A DNA stretch of 64,000 bases from assembly GCA_016839945.1 (NCBI GenBank), contig JAEOTE010000090.1, positions 32,001-96,000 of the forward strand. Reading direction: 5' to 3'. Origin of the DNA: Candidatus Heimdallarchaeota archaeon. GTDB taxonomy: Archaea > Asgardarchaeota > Heimdallarchaeia > Heimdallarchaeales > Heimdallarchaeaceae. A program made the position numbers and the translations under genes. The notes under the pieces were generated by a model. It worked only from the letters and a program-made list of their open reading frames with translations, searched no databases and was not told where the DNA came from. This document shows, piece after piece, positions 39,707 to 48,643 of the stretch; within the stretch, counting starts at the first letter, position 1, and every line of letters begins with the position of its first letter.

Positions 39707-39799
39707 TTCTTAATATTGGTTATTATTTAATATCTGTTGTGGCTAGTAAATGAAAACCTTTTCGTTAATTGTAACAGGAAAATAATGATATGAATTTCT

Positions 39800-40543
39800 C
39801 TATTTACTGTCCAGGTTTTTCCTTCTAGACAGTAAAAGTATAGGAATGAAAGCAATAGACACAATTGCCAGACTTAAACCAAATCCAGTTGTCTGCATTG
39901 TGGGATTAATTTCTAAATTAGTAGAAATCAACGTTATGTTCAATTCGTAAAGACCATATGAAGTAAAAGCTTTGAGAAGTACCCCTGTGTCTGTGTGATA
40001 ATAAAGTGAAGAATTTTGACCATAGTAATCTTGTGTATTGAAGACTTTAACTTCGTATGAATTTAGAGTCCCATTAAGTGTATGTTCAAAATTAGATAGA
40101 TCGCTTATGGTTGTGTTTGTTCCTTGTACTTGTACTTCAATATTATCCCAATCCGATTCATTAGCAAAAAAACCTCCGTTCCAAGGATATATACTCAGAC
40201 CCAAACCAAATGCTACATCGATATTTCTTACATCGTAGAATTTGGTATTATTAAGCATGTTTCCAAGAAATAATGTACCATTAATTTCGGAAGAAGGAAT
40301 AAATGAAGTTACATTAAACATAATCCAATCTTCAGGTATCACTGACCAATTTCCATAATAGTGCCCTGGAGGCCAGTTTCCAACGAACATATTTTCAGTA
40401 GCGCTAGAAGCTAAAACTTGGTATTTTAGCCAATCTTCATCATTTAAGTTTAATTTGTATGAGAAACCATTTGAAACGAGTAATGTCAAAGAAAAGGAAA
40501 GCACAATCAAGATAGTTAGCAGTAAATTCTTTTTGTTCCTCAT
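39800..40543 (-). CDS. Secreted surface protein with C-terminal sorting-signal-like tail
   Basis: Signal peptide, many N-x-S/T sequons, tail TTGFG-[hydrophobic]-RRK. Confidence 0.7.
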   Translation of the reverse strand: MRNKKNLLLTILIVLSFSLTLLVSNGFSYKLNLNDEDWLKYQVLASSATENMFVGNWPPGHYYGNWSVIPEDWIMFNVTSFIPSSEINGTLFLGNMLNNTKFYDVRNIDVAFGLGLSIYPWNGGFFANESDWDNIEVQVQGTNTTISDLSNFEHTLNGTLNSYEVKVFNTQDYYGQNSSLYYHTDTGVLLKAFTSYGLYELNITLISTNLEINPTMQTTGFGLSLAIVSIAFIPILLLSRRKNLDSK

Positions 40544-40598
40544 ATTACATACACTTGTGTTTATTCTGAAATATTCTCAATCAATTCTGAACTAAGGT

Positions 40599-40691
40599 TG
40601 GCGGACCAGGCAGGATTTGAACCTGCGACCTCTGGCTGTCTTCAGCTAACTTCCGAAGGCCAGTGCCTTATCCATACTAGACTACTGGTCC
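40599..40691 (-). tRNA. tRNA-Arg(TCG) with 15-nt intron at 37/38 and encoded CCA
   Basis: Reverse complement folds with acceptor GGACCAG/CTGGTCC, anticodon stem CTGGC/GCCAG, loop CTTCGG^A, T arm GCAGG-TTCAAAT-CCTGC; intron 40638-40652 forms a bulge-helix-bulge (CTTC/GAAG). Confidence 0.93.
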
Positions 40692-40780
40692 TTTTGGTTT
40701 CTTTCATCTCTTCACTTTTTATTCTTTCTGTTAACTCATATATCTAAGTGAAAAACGAAACTTTCGAAATAAAATAAAAA

Positions 40781-42037
40781 CTATCTTGGTAGTCCGTTTT
40801 CTATCCAAGATCTAATTAATCTCTCAAATTCTTTCTTTTTCTTCAATGATTGTGTTTGATAAGCATAAATTTGAGACATGGCTAATCCACCCAATTCGAT
40901 ATACGCCTCATCCATATCACAAATTGCAGCTATTCTGGCTTTCCAATTTTCATCTGTATCTGCTTGTTGTGCATAAGAAATGAATAATTTGAGAATCTTT
41001 TCAATCTTTGCTGAAACTTGTTTATCATCGACTTCAGGCTTAGGTTTAGGTTTAGCTTTAGGTTTAGGTTTGTGTTCTATGGATGTTTTGGGTTCTGCTA
41101 CTGGGACAGGTTCAGGTTCTGGTTCTGGTTCTGGTGCAGGTTCTGCTACTTCTGGAGGTTCCTCAAAGATTTTTTCTTTAATTACAGGACGGGATGAAAC
41201 AGCAGGTTTCTCTTCTACCTCAGGTGATTCTGGAGGGGGCATAGATTCAGGTTTAGGTGTTACTGGTTTGGATTCAATTGGTTTCGAACCAACTGATTGT
41301 GTTGTTGGAGCAGATTCTGGTACTTTTGATGGTGTTACGAATTTTATTTGATCTGGAGAGATTGTTTCAGTTGCTGCTTCTTCTGTTTTTGCAGGTGGTG
41401 GTGCGGACTCAGTAGTTCTAATTGGTGCAGTTGTTTCTTTAGGTGCTGTGAAAACAACATCCCTTGGAAACTGTTTTGTTTCAATTATTGAATTTAAACT
41501 TTTTTCAAGATTATGAACTAATGATCTTAAAGAAGGATTTTCTGAACCAAGTTTTAAGATGTTATCCTTAAGGGTTTGACATCCTGCAGTCATTACACTA
41601 ACTTTTCTCTTTAAATCTTGATTTTCAACTTCTAATTGTTCTTCCCCTTTTTCAGCTTCAGTTTCTATTGTTTCTATTGAATCCATAAGGGCATGCATTT
41701 GCATTTTAAGTTCTTCGCGCTCCGCATTAAACAAATCTTGTTCTAGTCTTGTTTCTTCAATCTCTTTATCAAGCTCAGTTTTTTCCTTTTGTAAATCTTC
41801 CACAACCTTGGAAAGATGATCTAATTCCGAAGTTAATTCTTGAACTTTATCATCAGATTGAGCTTGTTCCATTTTTTCTTGTAACTTTTCAAATAGTTTT
41901 ATTCTTCTCATTGCTAATTGCGGAGAAATTTCCTCTTTCTTCATGAAATTAAGAATGTATTCTAAATCATGAGGTTGAAGATTGTGCTTTTTAAGTAATT
42001 CATCTATTGAAACATGACCTTCTGTCATAACCCTCAA
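40781..42037 (-). CDS. Coiled-coil protein with long Pro-rich linker and small C-terminal helical domain
   Basis: Heptad-rich aa ~45-190; P/E/K/T-rich linker with (EP)n and (KP)n; no TM. Confidence 0.75.
   Translation of the reverse strand: MRVMTEGHVSIDELLKKHNLQPHDLEYILNFMKKEEISPQLAMRRIKLFEKLQEKMEQAQSDDKVQELTSELDHLSKVVEDLQKEKTELDKEIEETRLEQDLFNAEREELKMQMHALMDSIETIETEAEKGEEQLEVENQDLKRKVSVMTAGCQTLKDNILKLGSENPSLRSLVHNLEKSLNSIIETKQFPRDVVFTAPKETTAPIRTTESAPPPAKTEEAATETISPDQIKFVTPSKVPESAPTTQSVGSKPIESKPVTPKPESMPPPESPEVEEKPAVSSRPVIKEKIFEEPPEVAEPAPEPEPEPEPVPVAEPKTSIEHKPKPKAKPKPKPEVDDKQVSAKIEKILKLFISYAQQADTDENWKARIAAICDMDEAYIELGGLAMSQIYAYQTQSLKKKKEFERLIRSWIENGLPR
41035..41145 (-). repeat. Coding low-complexity repeats (EP)n and (KP)n
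   Basis: ggttctggttct and ttaggtttagg hexamer runs on +. Confidence 0.8.
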
Positions 42038-42138
42038 AAAAAATAGAGAGTTTTAGTTTAATAAAGTTTAGTTTAAGTGAAATGAAAAAGAAAAGGTTTT
42101 TTTAATACGATTACCATATTTCGAGCTAGGTGTAGCTA

Positions 42139-43191
42139 TTGGTAGAACTAAGAGGATTGATGATTAATAGACTAGTAGTCTTACTTCAAGTCTTTATTTT
42201 TCCAGCTTATTTCTATTTATGGGCGTTTTTTGGTCCTTATCCTGAAGATTTAGCTAACTTCTTTTTCTGGAGAGTATCTGGAACAAGTGCATTTGGGGAA
42301 ACAGGAGATTTCATTATTCTGAAAATTGTTGCACCTCTAATTTTTGCACTTCCATTTACGTTAGCTTCCTTAGTAAGAGCAACTAAAGTAGCAAATTCTT
42401 ATGAACTTATGTGGAGAGCTTTAGGAAAAGTCAGAATAGATACAAAACTATTCTATATGGTTAATGCAATATTTTGTCTATTCTTCTTCATTCTACCATT
42501 TGGGGCTCCTATTATTGCAGTTTTTGGAGCGTTTTTTGCAGTTAAACTATTATTGTATGCCTTTGGCGTTAAAAAAAGCGTTCCTGCAATCTTAATTGTT
42601 ATCCCAGGATTATTATTAGCAGCAATACCATTGATGGTCACAATTGCGTTTTACGCAAGTTATTCAGAAGTAATACAGCCAATATGGGTGATTTGGGCAG
42701 GGGAAAAAGGTTCAGCAATATCGGGAATTTCAGAATACTTCTATGGAGTAGTTCTCTGTTTAGCGTGTGCAATGGCGATTGGCAACTTTTTTGTTTTCTT
42801 ACGAGAAGGTGCATCTCAAGTATCATATACCAAACAAGTTGGACAGCGAATAGGAATTTTTCTAAAAGCAATTCTTTTCACTGGAATTTTGCTTCTTTAT
42901 ATATTTGTAGCAAAATGGGATACTTCAAATCTAACTATGTTCATAATCAATGGAATCGCTATTGGATTGAGTGGTTTTGAAACTTTAGTTAGATGGAGAA
43001 AGAAAGCAGGTAAAGAAAATGGTGGAGGAGGAGGGGGTACACTTATGGTGCCTATATTTATTTCTATCAATTTCATAGCTAAATATTGGAATGGTGCAAT
43101 AACCTTTGTTGTTGCATTATCTGCATGTATTTTCTTTGTACTTTTTGTTCTAGCTTATAGATATGCTGAAGACGAAACATTATTTGAATAG
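42139..43191 (+). CDS. Polytopic membrane protein of unknown function
   Basis: About 9-10 hydrophobic segments; GGGGGG loop. Confidence 0.7.
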   Translation: MVELRGLMINRLVVLLQVFIFPAYFYLWAFFGPYPEDLANFFFWRVSGTSAFGETGDFIILKIVAPLIFALPFTLASLVRATKVANSYELMWRALGKVRIDTKLFYMVNAIFCLFFFILPFGAPIIAVFGAFFAVKLLLYAFGVKKSVPAILIVIPGLLLAAIPLMVTIAFYASYSEVIQPIWVIWAGEKGSAISGISEYFYGVVLCLACAMAIGNFFVFLREGASQVSYTKQVGQRIGIFLKAILFTGILLLYIFVAKWDTSNLTMFIINGIAIGLSGFETLVRWRKKAGKENGGGGGGTLMVPIFISINFIAKYWNGAITFVVALSACIFFVLFVLAYRYAEDETLFE

Positions 43192-43277
43192 ATTAACAGA
43201 AATACATCTAAATTCATAACCATAATTTTTATAAGCTAACTTATTAAATCCTAAACAAATTCTCCTAAGTTTCAGAG

Positions 43278-43925
43278 ATGTTTCCAATGAATGATGAAGA
43301 ATTCAATCCTGAGATCACAAGAAAGATAGAGGAAAATACAGAAAAATTACTTAAGAAAATTCTAGTAGATCAAAAAAGTTCTATTGATGAAATCAATTCA
43401 GAAGCTGAAGAAAAATTAAAAAATATTACAGAAAGCATTGTAGAAGATGCGAAAAAGCATGCTGAAGCGGAATTTTCAAAAGAGAAAGCAAAACAAGAAC
43501 TTGAACTTAGACTAAAGATAACCAAGTTTAGAGATGAATTAGTAAATAATTTCTTTGAAAAAGCTACTGAAAAAATTAAGTCGCTTACTGAAACAAAAGA
43601 ATATGAAAAAAGTTTAGAAAAGCTTCTTTTCGAAGCAGGAGTGACTTTAAACCAACCAGAAATCATTGTTCATCACCGTAGTCAAGATGATAAAATATTG
43701 ACTAAACAATTTCTAGAAAATATTGCGAATAGATTGAAAAAGGAAAATGATATAGAAACAAAATATCAATTATCTAAAAAACCAATAGATTGTTTGGGAG
43801 GAATAAAACTGGAAACACTTGATGGAAAAATCAGCATTGATAACACTTATGAGAAGAGAATTGAAAGACTCTTAGTTAGTCTGAAAAGAGAACTTTCATT
43901 AATGCTTACACAAGAACAGGAATGA
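43278..43925 (+). CDS. A/V-type ATP synthase subunit E family protein
   Basis: N-terminal coiled coil; C-terminal IDCLGGIKLETLDGKISIDNTYEKRIE. Confidence 0.85.
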   Translation: MFPMNDEEFNPEITRKIEENTEKLLKKILVDQKSSIDEINSEAEEKLKNITESIVEDAKKHAEAEFSKEKAKQELELRLKITKFRDELVNNFFEKATEKIKSLTETKEYEKSLEKLLFEAGVTLNQPEIIVHHRSQDDKILTKQFLENIANRLKKENDIETKYQLSKKPIDCLGGIKLETLDGKISIDNTYEKRIERLLVSLKRELSLMLTQEQE

Positions 43926-44563
43926 TTATTATGAATAGTGGAATTGTAAAGAAAACCGGATTACTGGCAGTTTTATTTTTACTTGTAGTTATTCCGTTTA
44001 CAAATGCATCAATGGCAGAAAATAGTACACCAGTTCCTACTGATAATCATATAAATCAAAGTAATGTTATACAGGCTTTTAATGGTAATATCTCATCAAC
44101 CTATATTGTTAGAGGTGACACAATTAGCTTTTATGGAACTGTCTTAAATTATGGTGACTTAAATGCAACAATTTTATCATTTAATGCAGAATTTGTTCAT
44201 CAGGAAGAAAACGACCGATTTAATAGACACTATTCGGTAAGCATAGATGCAGACCATAGAAATTTAGGCCCTGGTGAATCATTCACTGGAACATTGAGAG
44301 ACGAAATAACAAATCCTCAATCGTCATATAATGTTACAATATATTTTGTTGTAGAAGATGTTTATGATGCTAGTACCGAATTTGGAGCACCAGCGTGGAA
44401 TTTTACAGCAGCTGAAAATATTGCAGTTACAGTAATAGACATTACTAGTCCTTCAGGCATAATAATAGGTGTAGGTGTCTCTTTCGCTGTTATCGTAGTG
44501 GTTATAGTTATATTCATTCTTTATGGCTGGTTGAAAGAGAGATTCACAAAGAGAAAGCACTGA
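43922..44563 (+). CDS. Type I membrane protein with Ig-like lumenal domain (TRAP-alpha-like candidate)
   Basis: Signal peptide, beta-sandwich (VLNYGD, LGPGES), single TM, basic tail. Confidence 0.55.
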   Translation: MIIMNSGIVKKTGLLAVLFLLVVIPFTNASMAENSTPVPTDNHINQSNVIQAFNGNISSTYIVRGDTISFYGTVLNYGDLNATILSFNAEFVHQEENDRFNRHYSVSIDADHRNLGPGESFTGTLRDEITNPQSSYNVTIYFVVEDVYDASTEFGAPAWNFTAAENIAVTVIDITSPSGIIIGVGVSFAVIVVVIVIFILYGWLKERFTKRKH

Positions 44564-44570
44564 TATAATC

Positions 44571-45035
44571 TTAGATTAGATTTATCAACCACCCTTTTGG
44601 TAAGAATACAATTCCTTCTTTTCTTAATTTGATTACTATTTTCTCTAATTCTGCGAGATTAATATTGAAATTTGAACAATGTCTTATAAGCTCATCAAGT
44701 TCATTCGTTTCACTTTTTTCAAGAATTAAAAGAACAGTGTCATTTAGTGTTGCAGCTTGTAAATCTAACAAAGGTGTCTGCTTTTCTTCATGTTTTTTTA
44801 CTAATTCCATTATAGAACTTTCAGCTTTATCCGCTAGTTTAAAGAAATCTACCGCAAGAGAGTCAGAGAGTTGTTTTGATTTGAAAAAAATATTATTACT
44901 ACTTTCTTCAGATAGAATTGCTTCTCTTGGAGAATACGTTACTATCCTACCACAATTTCTACAGAATCTAAATTGATGTTGGATTGGAATATCATTAATA
45001 ACTTCACAGCTTGTACATCTGAAAATTACTTTCAT
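44571..45035 (-). CDS. Zinc-ribbon + C-terminal winged-helix protein
   Basis: CTSC...CRNC; C-terminal LRKEGIVFLPK. Confidence 0.65.
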   Translation of the reverse strand: MKVIFRCTSCEVINDIPIQHQFRFCRNCGRIVTYSPREAILSEESSNNIFFKSKQLSDSLAVDFFKLADKAESSIMELVKKHEEKQTPLLDLQAATLNDTVLLILEKSETNELDELIRHCSNFNINLAELEKIVIKLRKEGIVFLPKGWLINLI

Positions 45036-45841
45036 TTTGTTTCTACTCTAGTCATTTTTCTAGCAAAGATAATAAAACCTGTGTGGCCTATCATTCTAGT
45101 TTTTGGTCTAATAGCTTCAGGTTTAAGTTGAATTTCTCGTTCAATAAGCTCTATTCCAATAATATCACCAAAATAGGATTCTTTGAGTTTTTTGATTGTT
45201 TTTTCTACTTGATTATAAGTTGGTAAGAAGATTGATAGAGAGCCACTAGCCCTTAAAGAATCATAAGCGTGAGGTACAATCTGCCAAGGATCACCTAAAT
45301 CTAAAACTATAGAATCTGCGTTTTTTTCATCAAATCCTAATGATGCATCTTGTTTTTTAATAGTAACATATTTTTCTAATCTTAAATTCTCAATATTTTT
45401 CATAGAAGTCTTATATGCATCTTCTCTGATTTCATAAGTATAAACATGCCCATTCGGTCGAACATAATTTGCAAGAATTGAAGTCAAAGCGCCACTACCA
45501 GTCCCAGTTTCAATTACTTTGGAACCAGGACTTATTCCTCCATAAAGTAGTATTAAACCCGCATCTTTAGGGTAAATAATTTGTGAACTATGAGGAACTT
45601 GAGATAGAAGATCACTAGGTATTGGTTTGAATATGTATAGAGGTGTGTTTTTACTTGTAAGAATTTTTATCCCGTATGGTTTTCCTATTATATCATCAAA
45701 TTCAAAATAACCCTTATGTGTTTGAAATTGTTTTCCTTTTACTGCTTTTGTTAACCATCTTTTTCTTTCGTCTAGAACAACCAAAACATAAGAATCATCA
45801 ATAATGGCATCATTATCATGAAAATTATCACTAGCAGTCAT
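45032..45841 (-). CDS. trmI: tRNA (adenine-57/58-N1)-methyltransferase
   Basis: THKG, QIIYPKD, ETGTGSG, LDL..PW, RP..RMIGHTGF. Confidence 0.95.
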   Translation of the reverse strand: MTASDNFHDNDAIIDDSYVLVVLDERKRWLTKAVKGKQFQTHKGYFEFDDIIGKPYGIKILTSKNTPLYIFKPIPSDLLSQVPHSSQIIYPKDAGLILLYGGISPGSKVIETGTGSGALTSILANYVRPNGHVYTYEIREDAYKTSMKNIENLRLEKYVTIKKQDASLGFDEKNADSIVLDLGDPWQIVPHAYDSLRASGSLSIFLPTYNQVEKTIKKLKESYFGDIIGIELIEREIQLKPEAIRPKTRMIGHTGFIIFARKMTRVETK

Positions 45842-45932
45842 AGAATACCCATTAGAAAAAAGAAAAAAGGGATATAAAATTCATTTGATTGCGAGTTTAT
45901 CAAAAATAAAGAAAAGAAAAGAGTGAAAAGAA

Positions 45933-47258
45933 TTAGAAGAAACCTTTTTCCTTGAGTATATCTACTAATTTAGGATAACCAATTTCTTCAAGCTCATATT
46001 TAACTCTTATAATTGGCTTATCTACTTTAACTAAACGGGTAATATCTATTGGTGTTGCTGAAACTACAACATCACAGTCAGTGTTATTGATTGTATCTTC
46101 CAAATCCTTTAGTTGTTGATCAAAGTATCCCATAGCTGGAAGAAGAGTACCAATATCAGGGTAGTTCTCAAAAGTTTCTTTCATGCTACCTACAAGATAA
46201 GGACGAGGATCTACTAATTCCTTTGCTCCATAACGTCGTGCAGCAACAACACCAGCACCATATTTCATTTCTCCGTGAGTTAAAGTTGGTCCATCTTCGA
46301 TAACTAATACCCTTTTTCCTTTTACTAATTCTGGTTTATCAACAAATATAGGTGATGAAGCTTCAACAATAGTGGCATTAGGATTAACCATTCTTATGTT
46401 TTCTTCGAGTTGCATTACGTTCTTGTAATCTGCAGTTGCAATTTTGTTTACAACAACAACGTCTGCTAGATTTAGTGTAGTTTCTCCAGGATGATAACGA
46501 AGTTCGTGTCCAACCCTATGAGGATCTACTACTACAATTTGTAAATCAGGCTTGTAAAAGGAGAAATCATTATTTCCTCCATCCCAAAGAATCACATCTG
46601 CTTCTTTTTCTGCTTCCCTTAAAATCGCCTCATAATCTACTCCAGAATAAATCACCAATCCTCTATCAATATATGGTTCATATTCTTCTCTTTCTTCAAT
46701 AGTAGTTTCATGCAGATCTAAATCTGAATAATCAGCAAATCTTTGAACGGCTTGTTTTGCTAAGTCTCCGTAAGGCATAGGATGGCGTATAGCTACTACT
46801 TTCTTACCAGCATTTTGAAGTATTTGCACAATCTTACGGGAGGTTTGAGATTTACCGCTTCCAGTTCTAACAGCGCAAACACTGATTAGGGGTTTAGTTG
46901 ATTTTATCATAGTGCCTTTTGTTCCTAACAGAGTAAAAGCTGCACCACAAGCATTCACTAAAGAAGCTTTGTGCATAACATATTCATGAGATACATCAGA
47001 ATATGAAAAAACAATCTCATCAACATCATGGTTTTTAATCAATTCAGTCAGTTCGCTTTCATCATAAATTGGGATACCATTAGGATAAAGAGTACCAGAT
47101 AATTCCGCAGGATATTTACGATCCACAATATCGGGGATTTGGGTAGCAGTGAATGCTACAACTTCATACATCTCATTATTCTTATAATACGTATTGAAAT
47201 TATGAAAGTCTCTACCTGCAGCGCCCATAATTATTATTTTTCTTCTTTTTGTTTCCAT
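45933..47258 (-). CDS. COG2403 P-loop ligase (cyclic 2,3-diphosphoglycerate synthetase-like; candidate arginine synthetase ArcE)
   Basis: GAAGRDFHNFN, AFTATQIP, RTGSGKS, RHPMPYG, TIEEREEYE, WDGGNND, EDGPTLTHG, LPAMGY. Confidence 0.75.
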   Translation of the reverse strand: METKRRKIIIMGAAGRDFHNFNTYYKNNEMYEVVAFTATQIPDIVDRKYPAELSGTLYPNGIPIYDESELTELIKNHDVDEIVFSYSDVSHEYVMHKASLVNACGAAFTLLGTKGTMIKSTKPLISVCAVRTGSGKSQTSRKIVQILQNAGKKVVAIRHPMPYGDLAKQAVQRFADYSDLDLHETTIEEREEYEPYIDRGLVIYSGVDYEAILREAEKEADVILWDGGNNDFSFYKPDLQIVVVDPHRVGHELRYHPGETTLNLADVVVVNKIATADYKNVMQLEENIRMVNPNATIVEASSPIFVDKPELVKGKRVLVIEDGPTLTHGEMKYGAGVVAARRYGAKELVDPRPYLVGSMKETFENYPDIGTLLPAMGYFDQQLKDLEDTINNTDCDVVVSATPIDITRLVKVDKPIIRVKYELEEIGYPKLVDILKEKGFF

Positions 47259-47340
47259 TAAAATCCCTTATCAATTTCTGTTTGAACATTTAATGGAGTC
47301 TTAAAAAATTTATGCTTAAACAAACATAAGAATAAGGAAT

Positions 47341-47586
47341 TTATTTTTCGGAGTTTTCAGCTTCTATTTTTCTATTAACAATTTTCTGTAAAACAAATAT
47401 TGACCCTATTGCTAGAAAGAGACCAACGAAGGTTGCAACAATTAAAGCTATTTTTTGAGTAGTAGAAGAAGAGTTTCTAGTTGAGAAATAAGCAATTAAC
47501 ATCCCACTAACACTAAAAAGAAAGGGAGAAATTAATGCAAAAGCAATCATATATTTAGATATAATTGGCTTTTTTTCTTCAGTCAT
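47341..47586 (-). CDS. Small two-TM protein (AtpZ/Vma21-like architecture)
   Basis: 81 aa, two TM helices, charged tail. Confidence 0.55.
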   Translation of the reverse strand: MTEEKKPIISKYMIAFALISPFLFSVSGMLIAYFSTRNSSSTTQKIALIVATFVGLFLAIGSIFVLQKIVNRKIEAENSEK

Positions 47587-47651
47587 ACTAAATAGTGATT
47601 GTGTCCGAAGAATTAAAGTTTATTGAAAAATACGTTATCTGTGAGTTAGGA

Positions 47652-48230
47652 TTATTTTCTTAAAAATAAATGATGACAAACTATTGTAACAACATGCGAT
47701 GCTAAATAGTTTCTTTTTCCGATACTAATGCGCGTAGCACCCATTTTAGATAACAAAGCTTCTTGTTCCTCAATTAAATCATATTGACTTCCTAAAACAA
47801 AACATGCTTTTTCTTTCTGATTGTTTTTTATCTGCAGTTCAGATACCTCTAAACCATCAGGTGTAAGGTAGTATAGTTTTGAGTCTTTTGATAACTTTTG
47901 AATTAGATTGATGAAACTTATGTTTTCCTTAGAAACACCACTTTCTTCTGGTTTTGAGAGAATTTTTATTAATTCCTGTGTTGAATCTACTTCGCTCTTA
48001 AGTTCTAATTCAAGTGAAGAAATTGGTATGATAAAGGCTTGTTGCTCATCAGGGCTAGAAAGATAAAGAATAAAGTTAATTTCCGAATTGAGTCTTCTAT
48101 TCCATCTGGAAAGATTCAAAAGACATCGAGATAGAACATCAACTCTTTCTTGACCACCAACAACAGATTTTACAGTCTTTTTTGTATCTGATTTTATTGT
48201 CTGTGATGGAATCAGGAACGTTAAATTCAT
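47652..48230 (-). CDS. trmY: tRNA pseudouridine-54 N1-methyltransferase (TrmY-like SPOUT); start taken as 48230 rather than the 48341 of the ORF track
   Basis: RVDVLSRC, FVLG, ISIG...YLASHVVTIV.H.L. Confidence 0.7.
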   Translation of the reverse strand: MNLTFLIPSQTIKSDTKKTVKSVVGGQERVDVLSRCLLNLSRWNRRLNSEINFILYLSSPDEQQAFIIPISSLELELKSEVDSTQELIKILSKPEESGVSKENISFINLIQKLSKDSKLYYLTPDGLEVSELQIKNNQKEKACFVLGSQYDLIEEQEALLSKMGATRISIGKRNYLASHVVTIVCHHLFLRK

Positions 48231-48273
48231 TGTTTTTTCCTTCTTTAAACAAAAATAAAAAAGAGAAATGGCA

Positions 48274-48549
48274 TTAACCAGATCTTCTTTGATCTTTTGG
48301 TCTAATATTAGTCCTACCTCTATGAATAGAACAAGAAACACAATAATACGCTATTTTCTTTTGTCTTGGGATATGAGCTCCTTCAGCTCTAAGTTCCTTT
48401 GCTAATCTATAGTCTACTGGACTACTATAAATAGTGTATTTCTTAGCTTTATCAGCAGGAATAAGAGCACCACAAGCATGACAATGTTTCATAGTTGCTC
48501 TTCCACGTTTTCCTCCCGATCTCCCACCACTTTTCCGTTTCTTAGGCAT
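48274..48549 (-). CDS. rps26e: Ribosomal protein eS26
   Basis: MPKKRKSGGR, C..CG..IP.DKA, YCVSC.IH. Confidence 0.93.
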   Translation of the reverse strand: MPKKRKSGGRSGGKRGRATMKHCHACGALIPADKAKKYTIYSSPVDYRLAKELRAEGAHIPRQKKIAYYCVSCSIHRGRTNIRPKDQRRSG

Positions 48550-48643
48550 TAAATTCTCACCTTCATAAAACTACACCTATCTTTCAAGTCAAATGAGAAT
48601 TTTTAAATTTGTTGAAAAAGGAGCGAGTTAATTTTAGTTTAAA

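Noticed and set aside
40544-40780. tRNA as a possible integration site for a mobile element
   Set aside because: No integrase, no duplicated tRNA 3' end noticed, and the flanks are ordinary genes.
40781-41000. LFISYAQQ in the C-terminal domain looks like the first strand of a TIR/SEFIR domain
   Set aside because: Only about 65 aa follow and they look all-helical; too short for a TIR fold, with no catalytic Glu context.
47652-48341. Apparent 68-nt overlap between the TrmY ORF and eS26
   Set aside because: Artefact of an upstream alternative start; the ATG at 48230 removes the overlap.
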